This document shows positions 45,714 to 51,003 of a stretch of 51,003 nucleotides of DNA, piece after piece. A model generated the notes under the pieces. The model saw only the letters and a program-made list of their open reading frames with translations. It did no database searches and was not told the DNA's origin. Positions within the stretch are counted from its first letter, which is position 1. Every line of letters starts with the position of its first letter. This DNA is from a virus (Duplodnaviria > Caudoviricetes). The translations under genes were made by a program, and so were the position numbers. The stretch is taken from positions 1 through 51,003 of IMG/VR virus record IMGVR_UViG_3300027691_000041. One strand, 5' to 3'.

Positions 45714-46241
45714 ATGTCTCAGACTAAAAAAATTCTAAAAGCCCTAATGGACCGCAGAGGTCTGAATGCCCATGATTTGTATAGGCTAAGTGGGGTTTCT
45801 GCGCCAACCACATACCGGTTTCTGACGGGTAGGCACGACGAACCAAAAGCAAACACCATTCGCGCGTGGGCGCACGCGCTAGGGGTTACGGAAGGTCAAT
45901 TAAGGGGAACCGAGCCAATTGATGGTGTGAATACACCTGAACGCGCTCGTGATTTGCAAGATTTGCTAACACCGGATGAATACAGCCTTGTATCCAATGT
46001 TAAAATAATGGACAAGGGATCACGGGACATCTTATGTCAGCTTGCGGAAAGACTGGTAGCAGAACCGCAAGCGGCCTACGGAGACAGTCCCGGCGATAGA
46101 AGAAAAGAAGAAGTTTATCCTAATCAGCAGTTGCGCATCGGTGATAATCGCCATAAAACACCCCCCACTAAGAGACGCTTGAAAAACCACTCGAATGAAA
46201 GAGATCATTTTAGCGGGTCAAAATCGTCCCAAATCGCGTAA
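45714..46241 (+). CDS. CI-like XRE repressor lacking an S24 peptidase domain
   Basis: N-terminal HTH (LKALM...GL...DL..LSGVS..T..RFL.G...P); ATG 45714. Confidence 0.7.
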   Translation: MSQTKKILKALMDRRGLNAHDLYRLSGVSAPTTYRFLTGRHDEPKANTIRAWAHALGVTEGQLRGTEPIDGVNTPERARDLQDLLTPDEYSLVSNVKIMDKGSRDILCQLAERLVAEPQAAYGDSPGDRRKEEVYPNQQLRIGDNRHKTPPTKRRLKNHSNERDHFSGSKSSQIA

Positions 46242-46575
46242 ATCAATTGATGATGATTCCCTGGAATCGGTAATAGGAATCGTCCGAGCCTTCCCAAAAA
46301 ACACTATAGAGATAGTGGCTAATCCTAGAAACAGAAAAAGAGATTCCATTCAAAAAGAAATTCCACTTTCCCAGGTCAACTTAATAAAGTTGACCGAAAA
46401 ACTTGCCGAAGAAGCCAGAAACGGAAAACTCAAAGGAATTGGCGGCTTTGCGGAATACGAAGATGGTTATGACTTTGGGCTGGAAGGATCTTATCTCGTA
46501 AACCCAGAATCAGCCGTGTTACCGCTCATGCGCCTCCATCGGCGCATCATGGGTCAGATCGAAGAAGAAGACTAA
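46195..46575 (+). CDS. Hypothetical protein downstream of the repressor
   Basis: L..L.EEAR.G.L.G motif; start uncertain. Confidence 0.55.
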   Translation: MKEIILAGQNRPKSRKSIDDDSLESVIGIVRAFPKNTIEIVANPRNRKRDSIQKEIPLSQVNLIKLTEKLAEEARNGKLKGIGGFAEYEDGYDFGLEGSYLVNPESAVLPLMRLHRRIMGQIEEED

Positions 46576-46595
46576 CCCTCAAAAGGGAAAATTTT

Positions 46596-47288
46596 TTGTG
46601 CAAAAAAGTACGAGTACGTATTGACAACGGTTCGAGTACGTACTACGATTCATCTGTCTGTATCGAAAAATATTATCCACTGGTCAAGAAAATAGCCCAT
46701 CAAATGGGTCTTCAGCTATCCGCCAATATCGAAATAGATGACTTGATTCAGGCCGGAATGATCGGTTTGCTGAATGCCTTGAATCGGTACAGGGAGGTGC
46801 CCGGAGCGAAGTTCGAAACCTACGCGATATACCGGATACGTGGCGCGATGGTGGATGAAATAAGGAAAGGCGACTGGTTGCCACGGCTTGCGCGTAAGAA
46901 TGTTCAGCAAATCGCCGCTGCGACGAAAGAGTTGCAACAACGGCTCGCAAGAACGCCTCTTGATAGCGAAATTGCTCGAGAGCTGGGCGTCTCCATGCGA
47001 ACGTGCCGGAAGATGTTGATTGACGTGTATCAGGAACAGGTTACCTACTACGACGAAGAATCAATGTCGCAGGCCGTCGTTGTCACAGACAGTTACTTGA
47101 GTGAGGCGGTTAAAAACCTTATGCCGAGAGAAAAAGAGTTGATCGATATGTATTACGAGCAAGAACTCAACTTCCGGCAGATAGGGGCAATTCTAGGGAT
47201 ACACGAATCTAGGGTTTGCCAGATCCACAGCGAGGTTATCGCCTTGTTGCGGGAGAAGATGAAGAACTACAGAGGGAACAAACCATGA
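46596..47288 (+). CDS. fliA: FliA/sigma28-like RNA polymerase sigma factor (start uncertain)
   Basis: PLVK.IAH, DDLIQAGMIGL, FETYA..RIRGAM.DE.R..DWLPR, PREK....YYEQELN...IG..LG..ESRVCQ.H. Confidence 0.85.
   Translation: MCKKVRVRIDNGSSTYYDSSVCIEKYYPLVKKIAHQMGLQLSANIEIDDLIQAGMIGLLNALNRYREVPGAKFETYAIYRIRGAMVDEIRKGDWLPRLARKNVQQIAAATKELQQRLARTPLDSEIARELGVSMRTCRKMLIDVYQEQVTYYDEESMSQAVVVTDSYLSEAVKNLMPREKELIDMYYEQELNFRQIGAILGIHESRVCQIHSEVIALLREKMKNYRGNKP
46609..46649 (+). promoter_or_regulatory. pL-like promoter with two repressor operators
   Basis: TTGACA(46621)-N17-TACGAT(46644); operators TACGAGTACGTA at 46609 and TTCGAGTACGTA at 46631. Confidence 0.7.
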
Positions 47289-47560
47289 ACTACGCATTAC
47301 GAGAGCCGAGCGATGAACAGATTTACGCGCAGCGCGAACGCTTTGCGGTTGTAGAACGCCGCCTTGCCCCGCTCGAAATGACGGGGAACGAGATTACAGC
47401 GTTTCTTGATGACAACGAGGTTTCGGTTACATGGACGCCACGTTCCAGGGAAACGACGCGAATCTGCACGCTTACATCTGATGAGTTTCCGACGATGAAG
47501 GGGCAAAGCTTAAAAGAAGCTGTTGGACGGGCCGCAGCATGGATGGAGGAAAACCAATGA
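47285..47560 (+). CDS. Hypothetical protein
   Basis: Start MNYALRE; ATGA overlap with the fliA-like gene. Confidence 0.55.
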   Translation: MNYALREPSDEQIYAQRERFAVVERRLAPLEMTGNEITAFLDDNEVSVTWTPRSRETTRICTLTSDEFPTMKGQSLKEAVGRAAAWMEENQ

Positions 47561-47724
47561 GTGAAGAAACGAAAACTATCCGGTTCCGAGTGGCCTACTT
47601 CGCCAGCGAAGTTGAGCCTTACACCGTAACCGCCGATAACGAGCGTGAGGAACAAGCTGTAGAAAACGACAGGCGGTTTATAGAGTGGGCCACACCCTGG
47701 ATCGAAGCCACGGTAAAAAAATAA
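47557..47724 (+). CDS. Hypothetical protein
   Basis: Start MSEETK with GGAGG RBS. Confidence 0.55.
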   Translation: MSEETKTIRFRVAYFASEVEPYTVTADNEREEQAVENDRRFIEWATPWIEATVKK

Positions 47725-47781
47725 CCCCTCACCAGTTCCCCGGCTCTGGTTAAAAGCCGGGACAAATTCAGGAGAAAACCA

Positions 47782-48750
47782 ATGAGCCTTCCATCGACTC
47801 AGACAGAGAAAAAGCCGAAGAACTTTCCGGCGATGCTAGAGCAATACAAAGGCGAGATAGCGAGAGCGTTGCCGCGTCACTTGAACGGTGATCGGATGTC
47901 TCGTATCGCGCTCACGGCATTCAGGAGAAACTCGAAACTGGCAGAGTGCGATCCCCGCAGTGTGTTTGCCGCCGTTATTCAAGCGAGTCAGTTGGGCTTG
48001 GAAATCGACACGCTGGGACGCGCATATCTTCTCCCGTACAAGAAAAGCGAAAAAGTTAATGGGGAGTGGGTTACGTCGTACGAGTGCCAGCTTATCCCCG
48101 GTTGGAAGGGGCTTGTCGATCTTGTCAACCGTGCTGGCAATGCCACGGTATGGACTGGCGCGGTGTTTGATGGTGACGAGTTCGACTACGCCCTTGGTGA
48201 TCGGCCATTTGTGAATCACAAGCCGGGAGAAGAATTCGATATTGAACACCTTACTCATGTCTACGCCGTTGGGCGTGTTAAAAGCGCGGAGTGGCCGGTA
48301 ATAGAAGTGTGGCCGATAGGCCGAGTAAAGAAACACTTGGCGCGGTACAACAAGGTAGGAACGGCACACTACGCACATGAAAATATGGAAATGTATGCCA
48401 GAAAAGTAGTACTGCTTCAGGTTCTTAAATACATGCCAGCATCAGCAGACCTTGCAGCCGCAATCAGCCTGAATGATGCGGCAGAAATCGGCAAGCAGGG
48501 ATTAACAATCAAGGATGCGATTGACGGCACCTGGGCACCAGTGCCGGACGAGCCAGAAGCGGAAGCAGAGGTTCAAGCGCCAACGATGGCAGAGGCAGAA
48601 TTCAACTCAAAGAAAGAAGGCTGGAAAAAACTCGTAGTCGATAAAAAGAAAAGCCCAGCCGCCTTGATTGCCATGATCGAAAGCAAGGGTGTTTTATTTA
48701 CGAAAGAGCAGAAGTTCGAGATTGATTCATGGACGCACGCGACGGACTAA
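47782..48750 (+). CDS. recT: RecT single-strand annealing protein
   Basis: ALPRHL...RM.RIALT....L..C...S....LGLE...GRAYL.PY, G.KGL..L..R, M.RK.V....KY.P. Confidence 0.92.
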   Translation: MSLPSTQTEKKPKNFPAMLEQYKGEIARALPRHLNGDRMSRIALTAFRRNSKLAECDPRSVFAAVIQASQLGLEIDTLGRAYLLPYKKSEKVNGEWVTSYECQLIPGWKGLVDLVNRAGNATVWTGAVFDGDEFDYALGDRPFVNHKPGEEFDIEHLTHVYAVGRVKSAEWPVIEVWPIGRVKKHLARYNKVGTAHYAHENMEMYARKVVLLQVLKYMPASADLAAAISLNDAAEIGKQGLTIKDAIDGTWAPVPDEPEAEAEVQAPTMAEAEFNSKKEGWKKLVVDKKKSPAALIAMIESKGVLFTKEQKFEIDSWTHATD

Positions 48751-48752
48751 AT

Positions 48753-50342
48753 ATGAGAACAGATCACAGACTTGTTCAGGGTAGTGACGAATGGCATAAA
48801 TTCCGCCTGGAACACTTCGGCGCGAGTGAAGCGGCAGCGATGCTGGGTCTCTCAAAAAAAGTGACTCGCACCGAACTTCTGCACATGAAGCACACCGGTA
48901 CGCCGAAGGAATTCAGCGAGTGGGTACAAAAGAACATCCTCGATTACGGCCACGAAGTTGAAGCGCTGGCACGCCCAATCATTGAAGAGTTCTTCGATAT
49001 CGAACTATATCCGGTTACCTGTTCAGACGGCCTATTATCGGCTTCATGCGATGGCCTGACGCTGTGCGATAAAGATTCGTTCGAGCATAAACAATGGAAT
49101 GAGGCGCTGGCCGAAAGTGTACTCCAAAACATTCTTCCAGAAGAACATATGCCGCAATGTCAACAGGTATTGATGATAACCGGCGCAGAAAGACTCATTT
49201 TCACCGTGTCCGATGGCACCCGTGAAAACCTAGTCTGGATGGAAGTATTCCCGGATCGGGAGTGGTTTGAGCGCATCCGGGCTGGATGGCAACAGTTCGA
49301 GAAAGACCTTGCCGAGTACGTTCCGATAGCTCACCCCGAAAAGCCCGAAGCGCAAGCTGTAATGCAGCTCCCGGCACTGACCATCCAGGCTTCCGGTTCT
49401 ATCAGCATCATATCCAATCTGGAACTGTTCGGTAAAAAGCTAAACGAGTTTGTAGAACGCCTTGACCTTGAGCCAAACGACGACCAAGGGTTTGCTAATG
49501 CAGATGCCGCCGCGAAGACGCTCCAAAAGGTAGAAACCGCCCTCGAAGCAGCGGAGCAAAACGCGCTCGCGCAAGCCGCTGAAGTCGATGAAATGCGCCG
49601 TACGGTAGAGCTTTATCGTGAGATTGCACGTAAGACTCGGTTGATGCTGGAAAAGATGGTTGTGGCGCGAAAGAAACAGATCAGGGAAGACATCATCAGC
49701 AAGGCGACAAAGGCGTTTTCGGCTCACATGAAAAGCCTGGAAGAAGAAATCAAGCCGATTAAGTTGGTTGCTCAGTGGCCGGACTTCATTACCGCAGCGA
49801 AGAGCAAACGCACGCTCAAAAGCCTGCATGACGCTGTTGATACGGAACTAGCGAACTCGAAAATTGCGGTTGATGCAACGGCGAAGGAAATTCGCGCAAA
49901 GCTGGCATGGTATCGGGAACATTCCAAGGGCTATGAATTACTGTTCCCCGATCTTGACCGAGTGATTTACAAGCCGTCCGACGACTTTCAAATGCTGGTT
50001 CAGAACCGCATCGCGCAGCACAAAATGGACGAAGCGAAGAAACTGGAAGCAGAGCGCCTACGCATCCAGGCAGAAGAGAAGGCGAAGATGCAAGCCATGC
50101 AAGTAAAGCCAGTGGAAGCGGATGCGCCGAAAGCGGAGCCAACAAAACCGACTCTTATTAAATCCGGCGACAACATTCCGACTCTATCAAATACGTACGC
50201 ATTGATGTTTGATTTGTCCGTACGCGATGCAATCGCTTTTCGGAACAAGTATTCAGGAATTGTCGAACTGGAAGTGGTACACGCAGCGCTTGATAGATTC
50301 CTGGCCGTCAATGCACCAGCAGAAGTAAGGAGCGGAACGTGA
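48753..50342 (+). CDS. YqaJ/lambda-exonuclease-family recombination exonuclease with coiled coil
   Basis: QGS.EW..FR...GASEA, GH..E, SAS.DG, EHK, Q.QQ.L motifs. Confidence 0.88.
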   Translation: MRTDHRLVQGSDEWHKFRLEHFGASEAAAMLGLSKKVTRTELLHMKHTGTPKEFSEWVQKNILDYGHEVEALARPIIEEFFDIELYPVTCSDGLLSASCDGLTLCDKDSFEHKQWNEALAESVLQNILPEEHMPQCQQVLMITGAERLIFTVSDGTRENLVWMEVFPDREWFERIRAGWQQFEKDLAEYVPIAHPEKPEAQAVMQLPALTIQASGSISIISNLELFGKKLNEFVERLDLEPNDDQGFANADAAAKTLQKVETALEAAEQNALAQAAEVDEMRRTVELYREIARKTRLMLEKMVVARKKQIREDIISKATKAFSAHMKSLEEEIKPIKLVAQWPDFITAAKSKRTLKSLHDAVDTELANSKIAVDATAKEIRAKLAWYREHSKGYELLFPDLDRVIYKPSDDFQMLVQNRIAQHKMDEAKKLEAERLRIQAEEKAKMQAMQVKPVEADAPKAEPTKPTLIKSGDNIPTLSNTYALMFDLSVRDAIAFRNKYSGIVELEVVHAALDRFLAVNAPAEVRSGT

Positions 50343-50503
50343 AAAATTCCTATGCTTACCTGGTATTCGTGCTGTTTATGGCTATTTTTTTCATAAGCGG
50401 AAACATGAAAGACCAGGAAGAACCAGAGTACGCCGAGATAGACCAGGCACCGGCTTTTGAATTATCCATGCCGATAGATCCGGAAAAGATGGAAAAGTCG
50501 TGA
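50339..50503 (+). CDS. Small membrane protein
   Basis: Manual translation MKNSYAYLVFVLFMAIFFISG...; GTGA overlaps on both sides. Confidence 0.45.
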   Translation: MKNSYAYLVFVLFMAIFFISGNMKDQEEPEYAEIDQAPAFELSMPIDPEKMEKS

Positions 50504-51003
50504 TTCATACGAAAGGCGACGAACGAGCTGGTGCGGTTTTTTCTGACTGCGAACGCTACAGATACCGGTTATGGAGGGTGTGGGACGAATCTAAGCCGAA
50601 GCTGTGTTTTGTGATGCTCAACCCTTCCACGGCAACGCATGAGGCGCTTGATCCAACCGTATCACGGTGCAAGAAAAGAGCGGATTCGCTGGGTTACGGC
50701 GGGCTGGAAGTGGTCAACATCTTTGCGCTTAGGTCTACCGATCCAAAGGCGCTTTATGAAGTCACAGATCCTGTTGGCCCCGAGAACTTTAGGGCAATCG
50801 CAGATACGGTTAACCAGTGCGCTATTGCAATATGCGCTTGGGGTGGGCACGGCAGGTTTTTGAACATTGGTCCTATGATTCGGGAGAGAATTAATCAGTA
50901 TTACCCAGGAAAAGCGCACTATCTAAAACTCAACTCTGATGGTTCCCCGGCGCACCCGCTATATCTCCCCTATTCACTGAAACCGGTTTTATGGAGAGGA
51001 TAA
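50500..51003 (+). CDS. DUF1643 family protein
   Basis: S.C..YRY.L.R.W, F.MLNPSTA....DPT, N.FA.R.T.P, AWG, P.HPLY. Confidence 0.9.
   Translation: MIHTKGDERAGAVFSDCERYRYRLWRVWDESKPKLCFVMLNPSTATHEALDPTVSRCKKRADSLGYGGLEVVNIFALRSTDPKALYEVTDPVGPENFRAIADTVNQCAIAICAWGGHGRFLNIGPMIRERINQYYPGKAHYLKLNSDGSPAHPLYLPYSLKPVLWRG

Noticed and set aside
46673-46681. Third DnaA-box hairpin (TTATCCACT)
   Set aside because: No complementary GTGGGTAA arm at the conserved distance; lies within coding sequence.

Overview
This window holds most of a temperate, podovirus-type tailed-phage genome; a betaproteobacterial host is an inference from protein resemblance. It has a complete late module on the - strand: Acb2, spanins, TerS, TerL, portal, scaffold, N4-gp56-type capsid, tail and ejection proteins including a 2393-aa polyvalent protein, and a SAR endolysin. 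It also has a lambdoid immunity/replication region (cI/cro, O-like initiator with iterons, nin genes, Q-like gene, pR'/tR') and RecET. The standout is an IncP/RP4-type relaxosome locus at the left end: traJ (partial, missed by the ORF track), an RP4-like oriT with nic at 2121/2122, and traK-traL-traM. A serine resolvase with a res site, SSB, and no integrase in the window point to a mobilisable phage-plasmid. Other highlights are a three-promoter regulon with a shared operator and leader ending in an Aca-like HTH gene, a phage-encoded FliA-like sigma factor, two conserved DnaA-box hairpins, and several structured RNA candidates. All family assignments come from recalled motifs and sequences, not database searches.
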